Shown here one piece after another: positions 37,755 to 50,749 of a stretch of 64,000 bases of DNA. The position numbers and the translations under genes were made by a program. Position 1 is the stretch's first letter; each line of letters starts with the position of its first letter. Source of the stretch: Lama glama (Eukaryota); contig CM052816.1 in assembly GCA_028534125.1 (NCBI GenBank), positions 9,674,001-9,738,000 of the forward strand, given 5' to 3'. Under the pieces are notes generated by a model. That model was not told the origin of the DNA, did no database searches, and saw only the letters and a list, made by a program, of their open reading frames with translations.

Positions 37755-39575
37755 CATTCCCAGACTCTTCTTTTTCCTGCTTGATTCTCTCTACCGTTTT
37801 GAACTCACTTGCTTGGAAAGCTTTCACCTGCCTTTTCCATTTTAGGATCTCTGACCCTTCTCCATACTTCTGGGTACATCAGATCAAGTTGTCCCCCAGG
37901 CCTCCTGCTGAGGGAAGATTAATTGACAATTACTTGTGAAGCATCTCTCATGACCTCCTTTACAGCTCCTAGGGAGGACACAGCATACCTCTGAGTCTTA
38001 TCTGCCCTGCCCATCATGCTCACCCCAGTCAAACTCCTCACCAGCCAACCAATGAAACAGACTGAGCAGGAAGGAGATGGCTGAGGAGGGAAGGTGAACA
38101 AGACAGCCACTGTCTCAGAGCCACCACCACCACTCCCCAGTTTCTCCCTGTCAGGCAGGTCAGGTCACTTGTTGGGGTTCTAGGGTGGCAGTCCTGGTGT
38201 GTACCGTGGCCAGGAGGGCTGCTTTCCAGTTTGTTGACAGTTATTTTCCTGCACCTTCTTAAACATCTCTGGGGAAGCCTTCCAATAATGACTTAGGTTC
38301 TATTGAATTGTAGGGTTAGGGGAAGGAAAAAAGGTATAGTCCTCTAGGAGGTTGGAGCAATTCCTTTAGAAGGGAGGAAATTTCGAGAACCTGGCTCTGG
38401 TTTCTTTCCATCTAATGTGGTGTGTACCATTGTTACAAACACTCCTACAGGTATCTTCCACAGCCTGGAAAAAATGTCCCTCTTCTCACCATGGATCAAA
38501 GCTATTTTCATCATTGGCTTGGCATTTCCTTTTTTTACTCTGGCCAGTCAATTTCAGTCTTGGGCAAAATACCACATATCCTAGAGAATGAAGGAAGTAA
38601 CTCCTGTTATTTTGAAAAAAGAGAAGACTGTTTTATGAAGTTTGTAATCCTTAAGCTAGTAAACTGAAACAGTTCCAAATGCCTTTTTTAATAATTACAT
38701 CAGTGGATTGCTTTTCCTCATTTCCCACATTCGAGAAGCTAAAACAGACTGGTGGGCAGAATGGGCAGTAGGTGTTAGGTCTTTGTTCATCTCTAACTCA
38801 AGAATTTTAACTAAATTCTTTTTCCCTTAGAGGCCCAGATTCTACAATTGTGAAATGCAAAATGTAAGGAGGGGTGATGTGTTCTAATTCTGGCAATGCT
38901 TGACCATCTAATTTGTTGTTTGCCAGCCCTGAATCTACTAAAGTCAAGGCTTTACCTAAGAAGTGGACTCATGAATCCCTCTGCTGACAACTTATCTGCC
39001 TTTGAAGCTCAAAGCTGTCCCTCAATTTCAGAATAAGGTAAGCTGTGAGGTGTTAGCTAGAACCCCAAAAGTAGGACAGAATGCTAATATATTTTTCTTA
39101 TTTTAGTAAATACGTGCAAGACATTCTCTTCCCCAGTAGCAGGACGGCTCATTTAAAAATTTACACACAAAAAATTATATTGTCAAGCAGAGTATGAGGT
39201 TATTAAAAATAGCATATTACAGTTTTTTTTCAAATAAAACATTTTAAATAGTTGGCTCATTTTAGGTTGATTTTTTTTTACTAATGCCACAAAAATCCTC
39301 TTATTAATTGCAATAAATAGGCAATTTACAAGAATTTCTACTGCAAACAGATGTGAGTACTTTTTCCATAAACTATGTTATTTTCTTATTTTTTAACTTT
39401 TTAATCTCTGCTTTGATTGTAGAAAATATCTTTATAAAATCATCGATTTACAAGTATCCAGTAAGTTAATACTAATTGATTTGGAAGTAGAAAACGGGAA
39501 AATTTTAAACTCATTATATTGAAAAATTTGACACAAAACTCACCAAAGAAAATGTACAACAGAATGAGTCTTAAG
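37755..39575 (+). pseudogene. Module C: SPINK 5' copy with damaged exon 1 (38474-38542) and intact-looking exon 2 (39423-39460, ENIFIKSSIYKYP)
   Basis: Exon 1 reads MSLFSPWIKAIFIIGLAFP, then two extra T in a T-run and donor changed to TCTG|gccagt. Exon 2 is ttgtag|38 nt|gtaagt. No Kazal exons seen downstream. Confidence 0.8.
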
Positions 39576-39944
39576 GTATGGTAGTATCAGAATTGTTAAC
39601 CTGCACACTTTTGGGGAAAAAAAATAACTTTATCACTAGCATACAATGCTTATGTGGAGTACTTTCTGCCTTTTCTCTTGGACTCCACTTATGACTAAAG
39701 TTACTTAGGTCAGCACCTCACTTCCCTACCCCCTTCCTTTAGGTTATTTCATATACATGTAGCACAGTTAGATCATTTTAGATTAATTTGTTACCATCTG
39801 CATTCTACCTAGGTATCCTCCAACCTCCCAAATAATGTTTTAGTTTACATACATCAGGATTTACTTTTTGTGCTGTAAAATTTTTCGATTTAGACAAATG
39901 TAGATTTCATAAATGCACCATTACAATACATTGCATAAAATTGC

Positions 39945-42016
39945 TTCAGTTGGCAGATGACATGACCTTTTATGTATAAAACTCTAAATATTCCACCAAA
40001 AATGTTTTAGAACAAATTCAGTAAATTTGCAGAATACAAAATCAACATAGAAAGTTAGTAGCATTTATATACAATATGAACTATTTGAAAGAGAAATTAA
40101 GAAAGCAATCCCACTTACAATAGCATCAAGGCAATAAAATATTTAAATATAAATTTAACCAAGAAGGCAAAAGATATATACAATGAAGGCCATAAAAGTC
40201 TGATGAAAGAAACTGAAGAAGACACAAATAAATGGAAAGATATCCTGTGTTCACTGATCAGAAGAATTTATATTGTTAAACCACCCACACTGCCCAAAGT
40301 CATCTATAGGTTCAGTGCAATCCCTACTAAAATTCCTATGGCACTTTGCACAGAAATAGAAAAAAAATCCTAAAATTTGTATGGAACCACAAAAGACCTC
40401 ACAGAGCCAAAGCAATTTCAGAAAATATCAAAACTGAAGATCTCATACTTCCTGGTTTCAAACTATATTACAAAGCTATAGTGATCAAAATGGTATGGAA
40501 CTACTATGAAAACAGAACCATACCCTAATGGAACAGAACAGAGAGCCTAGAAATAAACTCACATATACAATCATATATACAGTCAACTGATCTTCAACAA
40601 AAGGTAAAGGATAGTCTGTTCAATAAATGATGTTGGCAAAACTGGATAATCACAATGCAAAAAAATGAAATTGGGCCCTTATCTTACACCATGCACACAA
40701 TAACGCAAATAGGTTAAAGACATAAATGTAAGATCTGAAAGCATGAAACTCGTAGAAGAGAATATAGGGAATAAGCTCCTTAACACCACTCTTGGCAATG
40801 ACTTCTTGTGTACGACACTAAATGCACAGGCAACAAAAGCAAAAACCAAAAGCTGAACTACGTCAAACTAAAAAGGCTCTGCACAGCAAAAGAAAAAAGA
40901 TAACTTACAGAATGGAAGAAGATATTTGCAAACCACATATCTGATAAGGGGGTTATGTGTATCCAAAATGTATAAGGAACACATACAATTCAATAGCCAA
41001 AAAGTCAAACACCTCAATTTAAAAAAAAAAGCAAAAGAACTAACTGAATACTAGACGTTTTTCCAAGGAATACATACAAATAGCCGATAAGTATATGAAA
41101 AAGTGCCCAGCATCACTAATCATTAGGGAAATACAAATCAAAGCCATAATGAGGTATCACCTTTTTCCTTTTTAGTTGGCTATTTTCAAAAACACAAAAG
41201 TTATGAAGTGTTAGAGAGGATGTGAAGAAAAGGGAACCTTGCTCTCTGTTGGTGGGAATCTAAGTTGGCACAACCACTATGGAAAACAGTATGGAGGTTC
41301 TTCAAAAAACTAAAAAGAGAACCACCAAATGACCCAGCAATCCCATTTCTGAGTATATACCCAAAGGAAATAAAATCAGTACCTTCAAGAGATATCTGTG
41401 TTCCCACAGCCACTGCAGCATTCACAATAGCCAAGATATGGAAACAACCTAAGTGTCAGTTGATGGGTGAATGGGTAAATAAATTGTGAAATACATACAT
41501 TTATATATATTATATACATACATAATTCAGCCTTAAATAGAAGGAGAGCCTGCCATTTGAAACAACATGGGTAAACTTGGAGTACATTATGCTAAGTGAA
41601 ATAAGCCAGACACAGAAAGAAAAAACCCTGCATGATCTCACTAATATGTGGAATCTAAAAAAGTTGAATACATAGAAGCAGCGAGTAGAATGGTTGTTAC
41701 TAGGGGTGGGGAAGTGAGGAAAATGGGAGGGCACATGATCAAAGGGCACAAAGTTACAGCTATGTTGGATGAATAAGTTTAGAGAGTTAATGTATGGCAT
41801 TATGATTATATTTAATAATACTGAATACTAGAAATTTTCTAAAAGTAGATTTCAGGTGTACTCATCACATACAAAAAATGATAACTAGGTGAGGAGATGA
41901 TACATTAATTAGCCTGACTGTAATAATCATTTTACTATGTAAATATGTATAGAAATCATCATATTGTACACTTTAAATATATGCATTTTATTATGAAAAG
42001 TAAATTAATAAAAAAG
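39945..42016 (+). mobile_element. 5'-truncated LINE-1 (ORF2 RT to 3'UTR)
   Basis: ORFs ILKFVWNHKRPHRAKAI and [15 protein letters not shown]...[10 protein letters not shown]-rich end. Confidence 0.92.
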
Positions 42017-42932
42017 AAATTTCCTGGCAGTTAGTGGTTACTCAACTTTATAATCATGTTCTGTCTGCAAGTATGCACATTCTCTATTCAACACGCACTT
42101 CCCTTCCCATGAGAAAGAATTCAAGCATGACACTCCAACCTCTAGAAACATGGTTTACAAAGAATTGTCCTTGTTTCTAGCCCAGTACTTTTATCTCCTG
42201 GTTTTGTTATCAAACCCCTTTGGTCTCTCCTGTGGTATGACACTTATTAGAAGAATCCAATCACTTTTGAACATTTAGGAAATTTGGACTTAAATAATTC
42301 AGTTTTTAAACGTATGTGGCCTCTTAAAAAAAAAAAAACTGTACTAGTCACTCACCTAGGGGAGGGTCCAGTATTAATCTTAGCTGGTGTCTTTACATGC
42401 TTAAGTTAAGTAGCTCATCTCTATTATTGCCCAGAGTGGTGAGTTTCTTTGCCCCCCACTTAATGGTAATAATGACTTAGGAAAGATCAAGACTGCTCTA
42501 AGTTCCTAGACTTTGTCTTTTAAAATGTCTGCTTCTCAAATTCATAGTGTGTTCCTTCTTACCACCATCTCTGACATAATTTGAATAAGATATACATTTT
42601 TTTTCTTCGTGAAGTTGTATTAAAAAAATCTACACACCTAACATTTCCTTTTCTGTTAAATTTAGAAACCAATTGTGAGTCAGAGATTATCTCTCCTGCT
42701 CTTAATCTCTGTCAATAAATATATATAAGTGTATGGAATATATAAAGAGCTTTCACATAACTTCACCTCTAGGCTTCAGTTTGTTTTTCCCTAAAATATC
42801 CTGCCCCAAAAGAAATGGTCTATTACAAGCATCTCTGATGATGTCTAAATCAATAATTCAAAGAGCATAACAGTCACTTTACTACTTGTGGGTCCTTTGG
42901 TTAAATTGGCCTGGAAAAGTATTCATCTTAAA

Positions 42933-43012
42933 TTTTTTTTTTTTTAATGGAGTACTGGAGATTGAACCCAGGACCTCATGCATGCTAAGCATGCGCTCTA
43001 CCACTGGGCTAT
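42933..43012 (-). mobile_element. tRNA-derived SINE (Vic-1-like)
   Basis: Same sequence family as 13407; flanked by CTTAAAT. Confidence 0.85.
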
Positions 43013-43756
43013 AACTTAAATGTTTCTTTCTAAATACTGGGTTTCTTCACTGTGAAAAAGGAGCAGGTAGGATCAGAGTGACAAATGTTTGCCAACTACA
43101 CAGTTTAAATGAAGACAGTTTAAGGATTTTACCTGTAACATTTAAGACAAGCAAAGGAGTTAGGAATTCTTACTCTCATATTTAAAATAAGAAAGTATAT
43201 ATTAGCAAGTCTAAATATTGAGTCAAAATTAGTAAAGGGCAGATAGAGTTTGGACTCTATCTCTCAACTGCCAAAGCTCTTTCCAATGACTCAGACTGTG
43301 AAGCAGATTAGTTAATAAGGAAGAAGGTAACTCTGATCAAATATCTCGCTTACTTGAAAAGCCTCCAGTGTCTTCAATTACCTATGTTAAAGATAAAATT
43401 ATTGAACATCAAATTTAGGGCATCGCTTCATCTGCTCTCAACTTAACTCCCCAGCTTCTATTTTTCTTCTACCCCAGAAAATTCACAGCCTGAGCTCTGG
43501 CCCAGGCTTGCCCAAAGCTGACTGGTCCTGACTGGTCTGGAAATTTCAAAACATACCACTGCCCAGGCCTCAACGACAAACACTTGTTCCACAGTCTTAG
43601 TGGTGAGACTCCTAAAGAGGTCTTAGCTAATGTCAAGTACTGGTTGTCAAATTGTACAATAACCGTCTTTCACGATGTATGTAAACTATTAGGGGAAAGC
43701 GGTTAAAATGGACTGCTCTGTCTTACTTCTTACAATTGTAGATCTACAATTGTCTC

Positions 43757-44256
43757 NNNNNNNNNNNNNNNNNNNNNNNNNNNNNNNNNNNNNNNNNNNN
43801 NNNNNNNNNNNNNNNNNNNNNNNNNNNNNNNNNNNNNNNNNNNNNNNNNNNNNNNNNNNNNNNNNNNNNNNNNNNNNNNNNNNNNNNNNNNNNNNNNNNN
43901 NNNNNNNNNNNNNNNNNNNNNNNNNNNNNNNNNNNNNNNNNNNNNNNNNNNNNNNNNNNNNNNNNNNNNNNNNNNNNNNNNNNNNNNNNNNNNNNNNNNN
44001 NNNNNNNNNNNNNNNNNNNNNNNNNNNNNNNNNNNNNNNNNNNNNNNNNNNNNNNNNNNNNNNNNNNNNNNNNNNNNNNNNNNNNNNNNNNNNNNNNNNN
44101 NNNNNNNNNNNNNNNNNNNNNNNNNNNNNNNNNNNNNNNNNNNNNNNNNNNNNNNNNNNNNNNNNNNNNNNNNNNNNNNNNNNNNNNNNNNNNNNNNNNN
44201 NNNNNNNNNNNNNNNNNNNNNNNNNNNNNNNNNNNNNNNNNNNNNNNNNNNNNNNN
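43757..44256. other. Assembly gap (500 N) inside the upstream block of module D
   Basis: N run. Confidence 0.99.
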
Positions 44257-45280
44257 CTCTCTTCCCTAATTTTGGATTCATCAGATCAAGTTGTCCCCAA
44301 GCCTCCACCTGAGGGAAGATCTGTTGAGAAGTATTTGTGAAGCATCCCTCTGATCTACTTGACAGCCCCCTGCAACGACACAGAATATGGCTCTGTTTTG
44401 TCTGTCCTGGCCCTTCTCTTTCCCCACTACCAATAAGAGCAACTTAGTTAGAAGGAAGATTGAGGAGGAAGGTGAAGCACATAGTTCCAGTTTCCAGAGG
44501 CGGTGGCCTCACTCTCCATGGTCTCCCTGTGTCAGGGAGTTCAGGTGAGGACTAGGGAGTGAGCCCCAGTGAGGGTGCAGCAGTGCTGTGAGGGCTGCCC
44601 CAAATGCTCATTTTCCTTAAATGTACCAGGTTCCTTATGAGCTGATGGAAAGGGCTGGGGAAGTAGGCAGCCCCTTCTTGCCTGTACAAACAGGACTTGA
44701 TCCAAGGCTTTCTCTCACCTATCTTGGAACTTTCAGGTCACCTGTTACATCTTACTGAATCTGAGGGTTTAGAGAAGAAAAAGAAAAGGTTCACCTAAAT
44801 TAGGAATCCAGGGGGCTGGAACCGTCCCTTTACCAATAAGAAATTCATCATGTGTGGAGTGTGGATTATTTTTCTCTTTATAGAAAAATCAGGATTTTTC
44901 CCTGTTCGTGAGTTATAAACCATTCTGAAGTTTTCATCCACAGATTTGATAAAATGCCTTTCTTCTCATCATGGATCGAAGCTATTTGCATCATTTTCTT
45001 TGCATTTCTTTTTTGTTCTGGTGAGTAAAATTTCCCATCCTGAGTTAAACCACTTCACAGATCCCAGAAAATGTAGGAAACAACTGCTATCAAGTAATTT
45101 TACTGGGTTTCTCATACTTAAACTGATAAAGTGAAACTGAGCATGTGACAGATGTCTGATTTTAAACTTGCATCAGTGGATTGCTTCTTTTCATTTCCCA
45201 TTAGACAAGTGGAGACAGACTGGTGTATCAGAATGCGCAATAGGTTTTATGTTTTTTTCTTCTGTAACTCAAGAATTGCA
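44257..45280 (+). repeat. Module D: upstream block + exon 1 + start of intron 1, cut off by an L1
   Basis: CATCAGATCAAGTTGTCCCC...GAGGGAAGAT block and intron motif CATCAGTGGATTGCTT shared with A, B and C. Confidence 0.85.
44954..45020 (+). CDS. Module D orphan signal-peptide exon (MPFFSSWIEAICIIFFAFLFCS); may be a pseudo-exon
   Basis: AAAATG, open frame, phase-1 donor TCTG|gtgagt; no exon 2 found behind it. Confidence 0.55.
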
Positions 45281-45287
45281 TTTTTTT

Positions 45288-46759
45288 TCATGTTCATTTT
45301 TCATTAAAGTTTATTACAAGACATTGAATACAGTTCCCTGTGCTATACAGAAGAAACCTGTGGGGGTTTTTCAACCTATTTTTACATACAGTGGTTAACA
45401 TTTGCAAATCTCAAACTCCCAAATTTATCCCTTCCCACCCCCTTTCCCCGGTAACCAAAAGATTGTTACTATGTCTGCAAGTCTTTTATAGATGAGTTCA
45501 TAGCGTCCTTTTTTTTTTCTTTTTAGATCCCACATATGAGTGATATCATATGGTATTTCTCTTTCTGGCTTACTTCACTTAGAATGACGATCTCTAGGTC
45601 CATCCATGTTGCTGCAAATGGCATTATTTTATTCTTTTTATGACTGAGTAGTATTCCATTGTATAAATATACCACAACTTCTTTATCCAGTCATCTGTCA
45701 ATGGATATTTAGGTTGTTTCCATGTTTTGGCTATCATACATAGTGCTGCTATGAACACTGGGGTGCATATATCTTTTCGAATTAGAGTTCCTTCTAGATA
45801 TATGCCCAGGAGTGGGATTACTGGATCATACGGTGAGTCTATTTTTAGTCTTTTGAGGAATGTCCATACTGGTTTCCACAGTGGCTGCACCAAACTACAT
45901 CCTACAAACAACAGTGTAGGAGGGTTCCCTTTTCTCCACACCCTCTCCAGCATTTATTGTTTGTGGACTTTTGAATGATGCCCATTCTGACTGGTGTGAG
46001 GCAATACCTCATTGTAGTTTTGATTTGCATTTCTCTGATAATTAGTGACTGACAAAGATTTAATTTCCAAAATATATAAACAGCTCATAAAGCTTAATAA
46101 AAAAACAAACAACCCAATCCAAAAATGGGCAGAAGACCTAAACAAGCAATTCTCCAATGGAGACATACAATTGGCCAATAGGCACATGAAAAAATGCTCA
46201 ATATCACGAATTATTTCTTTTTATTTTGTGATTCCTATGGCTAGGACTTTCAATACTATGTTGAAGTGAAGTGGTAAGAGTGGGCATCCTTGTCTTGTTC
46301 CAGATTTTAGTGGGAAGGCTTTCAACTTTTCACTGTTATTATGTTGGCTGTGGGTTTGTCATAAATAGCTTTTATTATGTTGAGATACATTCCCTCTATA
46401 CCCTCTCTGGTAAGAGTTTTTACCATAAATGGGTGTTGAATTTTATCAAATGCTTTTTCTGCATCTATTGAGATGATCAAGTGGTTTTTGTGTTTTCTTT
46501 TGTTGATGTGGTGTATCACATTGATTGATTTGCATATGTTGAACCATCCTTGTGTCCTGGGATGAATCCAACTTGATCACAGTGTATGGTCTTTTTTATG
46601 TGTTACTGGAGTCTGCTAATACTTTGTTGAGAATTTTTGTGTCTGTGTTCATCAAAGATACTGGCCTGTAATTTTATTTTTTTGGTAGTGTCTTTGTCTG
46701 GTTTTGGTATCAGAGTATAATAGTGGCTTCATAGACTGAGTTTGGGAGTTTTTCCCTCC
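45288..46759 (-). mobile_element. Rearranged LINE-1 with an internal inverted segment (about 46047-46213 on +)
   Basis: Minus-strand ORFs 45624-45953 and 46322-46519 flank a plus-strand L1 ORF ([13 protein letters not shown]...HMKKCSIS). Confidence 0.9.
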
Positions 46760-48032
46760 TGAGAGTTTTTATAAAGGCTTTCTAAATGTATTTTGCTTTA
46801 CATGTTCCTATTGAGCTATTTGAACCAGACTAGTTCTCCTGTCTTGTTAATTATTTGAACTTTTTGCCAGAAGAACCTAAGGAATTTTCTTTATGGCACT
46901 TGATAATTTATCTTTCATCTGATAAGATGATTTGCTTTAAGGCAAGTATAGCCTTGTGACCACTTGAAGAGTAAGGCAAACTATTACCTAGAGTATAAAT
47001 GAATCTGATTTTCCAATAAGCACAATATTCAACTTTGTAATTTAGATATTGGTATATATCTCCCCACATGAGATGATCTAAGCATGTCTGTCTTTGACTT
47101 CTTTATGGATAGGATCCATTTGGTGGCCATATTCTTCCACCTATATACAGCTAGAAGATATGATTACAAGGCTGCCTTCAATTTTAAGGGTTATGGCTTC
47201 TTTGATTTTCCAGATCATTAACATTACCTGCCTGCATGGAATTCCATGATCCATTTTTCTGCTTTTATTGTCCTCCATAAACTTGACTCTGTCTTCGATT
47301 TCTAAAACACTCTCCTAAACATCATTGATTTCAGAGTATTAGATAGGAGAACTTAATGATTATTCAGTTCACCATTTTCAAGCCAGCTTTATTTTGGGGA
47401 TTTCTAAATTGAAGTAGCAGGCTTGGTGTGAAGGGCTCATCCATTACCACTTGAAACAAGCTCTTTCATCTTCTTCCTCCCTCCCTCTCTCTTTCCATCT
47501 CTATATTCCATGTGATACTAAATTTCATAAGGTAGATTTTATGTTATGACATTTTGTAAATTACCTTTTACTCCAGAGTTATCATTTTGCAGAAGACAAA
47601 ATACCTATGAATTAATTTAATCAGACAGTAATAACTTCTTCACACAGAAGACTTGGGAAAAATAGGAAGATTTTTTTTAGGTGCAAATACTTGAAAGTAT
47701 AAAAGACAGAAATTGTGCATCTATTAACTTGTTCTAACAATTTTATTTTGACTCTTAATGTATACACATTCTAATTGAAGAAAATAGCTCTAAGATGACA
47801 TAAAAATAAAACAATTTCCTAGATAGTTTGGATACTAGAAATAGCATGATTGTATGTAGGAATTATAATGTATTATTATAGAGGGTAAATTTATAAACAT
47901 TTAAAACCTCATTTAAAACTATAATTATCTGATAATAAAAGGTTAAAATTTTTAAAAAATGAATAACTCAATTGAGTCAGATGTGCTCCTAGGAGAGAAA
48001 ATTCCCAAGGGGTAATGTCTGTGTCTAATTAC

Positions 48033-48795
48033 AGTTCCCCAGACTCTTCTTTTTCTTGCTTTGATTCTCTCACCCCTTTCTAGGCCACTTCCTTGGAAAA
48101 CTTCCTCATCTTAGAATCTGTAAGCACTCTGATGACCTTTCTCCCTCCCCATATTTCTGGGTTTATTAGATCAAATTGTTCTCATATCGTCTCCAACTTT
48201 GCTTGAACTACTTTAGAGCCTTTAGGCAGAACACTGAATGTCCTGTGTCTACTTTGCCCTGGGCCATCTGTCTTACCCCCATCAAGCGCCTCACTCAACA
48301 GATGAAAGAATTCCTCAGTTGAACCTATGTGAACCAGGAGAAAGATCAAACAAGATAATCAATCTCCTGAGCTGTTCACCTTTGTCTTCTCCACCTTCTC
48401 TGTGTGAGGTAGGTCATGTGGGGAATCTAGGGAGGTAGCCCTGGTGCATAGCATTCTTTCCAGAAATAATAGTTCCTTTTCTCCTGAAGAAAACACTGAG
48501 ATTCAAAAGTGTATGTTTTCTATTAATGCAGTACACATTCTTGCAGGCTTATCAGAGGATTGGGAGAGTACGTAGCTCCTTCCTCTGTGTGTAAAGAGGA
48601 CTTCACACCTGCACTTTCTCTCACATGTTTAGGCCTTCTGTTCACGTGTTATGTCTTTGGGTTGGGGTAACAAAAAGGGACTTGGTGACCTTAATTAGGA
48701 TTCCAGGTGGTTGGAGCGGATCCTTTGAAAGTAGTAAACTTTAGAAAAGTGGACTCAGATTCTGTTTGTCTGTCCATTGGAGACAGTATGTGCAC
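48033..48795 (+). repeat. Module E: upstream block only, ends just before exon 1
   Basis: AGACTCTTCTTTTTCTTGCTTTGATTCTC...AGATCAAATTGT...GGTTGGAGC colinear with 29205-29975; no ATG exon follows. Confidence 0.82.
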
Positions 48796-48799
48796 ATAT

Positions 48800-49090
48800 A
48801 TTTCCCTGCTCTGTTAGCTGAGAGACCCTAGAAACAATGACATTCGCATAGCAGAGAGCCTACCTAACACTTAGATCCTGGTTTCTAATCCTATTCTCCA
48901 ATTAAGTGAAGTAGAAGTCCTAGAGAAATGGCTGATTTTAGAAGAGGGGCAAGGAATAAACAAGTTGAGACTAGGGCATGCTGTACTGCCAGAAAACAAG
49001 GAAGTCCTCAAATAACAAAAGAATGGTGGCATGTCAAAGAGACACTGGCCAAATGAAAGAGATCCCAATGGCGCAAGCTGGCAAAAAGTA
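48800..49090 (+). mobile_element. Old L1 (L1MC/L1MD-like) 3' fragment
   Basis: CCTAGAAACAATGACA...GAGAAATGGCTGATT...GCCAGAAAACAAGGAAGT resembles a recalled old-L1 3' region. Confidence 0.5.
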
Positions 49091-50749
49091 TGCTTATGAG
49101 GAAAACGTTTATTTTATGGTAGAGACAGTGTTCAAATAAACAATATGAGTTCAAATTGACTTTTTGGAATAGTGTTAACTGATTGAGTGCAAGTTGCTTG
49201 AGGCAAATAACCTTATCTATTTTGCTTATCATTCTATCCTTACTGTCTGTCACCAAGGCAGGTATATAGTAGGCATTTAATTATATATGGTGAATTTAAA
49301 AAAGAGATTTAATGCAGACATTGACAAATACTAGTTCTTGTGCATCTACTACCTAAAGCAAAAAATACTGCATAGCTTATTGATAGAATTTCTACAAGTG
49401 CTTGAAATAATTTGGTCACACTGTTTTTGAACTGCCTACAGTAACTTAAGGATAGGATGGATGAATAGAAAGTTACTATATATGACTTTCTTTCATTTAT
49501 GTGTACATTCATAGAGCAACTTCAATTAGTCTTGCCTGGTAAATATCTCCCAAACACCAGCTGTCTCACACAGGGCTTCTATATGGATACAGCATTTCAT
49601 TCAATCATACACACATTCTACGTTCTGAAGTTCCCTGATCATAAGATTTATGCAGTAGGTTTGTTAATCCATTGTAACCCAATAACTCTGTCCTGGAAAT
49701 TCTAATCCATTTTAATGGTGTGACCTCAGGAATCTATTATGTAAAGGCATTCAGATTATTCTTATGATGGTGTATATTTGGAATACACTTCCACATATGA
49801 AATTCCATTATGTGTTAAACATCTTCCTGGTTTCCATTAAAGAATGGAAACTAATATAGTAAATATACATCATGTAACATTTTTATTCAAAAGAACGTTT
49901 AATGACAAATATTTTATATCTTAAACAAATAAGGATAAATTTCAGAAGTTCAATAGAAAACTTGGTACAATTAGTATTTTAGAACCTTGAAACCACTAAA
50001 TCTTACAATTAGATGAAACATGAAAGGTGCTTGAGTCCCACTTTTCCTAGAGATAAGGAATTTTCTAACCATTAGGTATTTTTAAGATTTAGTTGAGAAC
50101 TTCATGTTTAAGTATAAAATATGTCAGACACATGGGATGGCCGGACGAATCATGTGATTGCACGTTCATAACAAAGCATCGGCAGTCAGCATAATGAGCA
50201 AATCTAACTAGACCCTCCACTTTCTCTAGAGAAACCTTTGCCTTCAGCTGTAACACATCACCTTGTATCAAAACAATTCTTTCTTTGAAAATAACTAGAA
50301 AAACTAGATTAAAAATATATAATTTATTATATAAATATTTATACTTTATATATTATATAAAATGATATATATACAACACACACTATATATACATACATGT
50401 ATATTATGTATATATATACATATGTAATTTCTGAAAGCACCAAAGAATTATCAGCGAAGCCAGGACTTGGGAGACCAAGATCTCAGATAAAGGAGGAATA
50501 CACTGAAATAAGTCCAGTATCCTATGTGACTTTTCTCTTTAAGGTATTAGCCTGCATGTAATGAGCATGGGGTCAAGAAACCGAGATGAGGAGGCATTTG
50601 GTAATTGCATGAGAGTAAGGACATAAACCACAACAAAAAGCATACGAATCTACCAAGGGACACTGAAAGATATGACTCACTTTTACCAGTTTATAAGTGG
50701 AGACTACCGGCCATAATTTTCTATTTCAGAAGTAGTAAGAGCTGATGTT

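Noticed and set aside
43732..43753. Perfect 22-bp palindrome ACAATTGTAGATCTACAATTGT
   Set aside because: Lies in an old L1 3' remnant right at a contig end; likely chance or assembly-edge artefact.
43708..44340. Longest ORFs in the track (210 and 192 aa)
   Set aside because: Artefacts of reading through the 500-N gap.
47593..47630. Possible exon 2 for module D (tttgcag|AAGAC...)
   Set aside because: In-frame TAA, no paralogous flanks, resembles an old L1 remnant.
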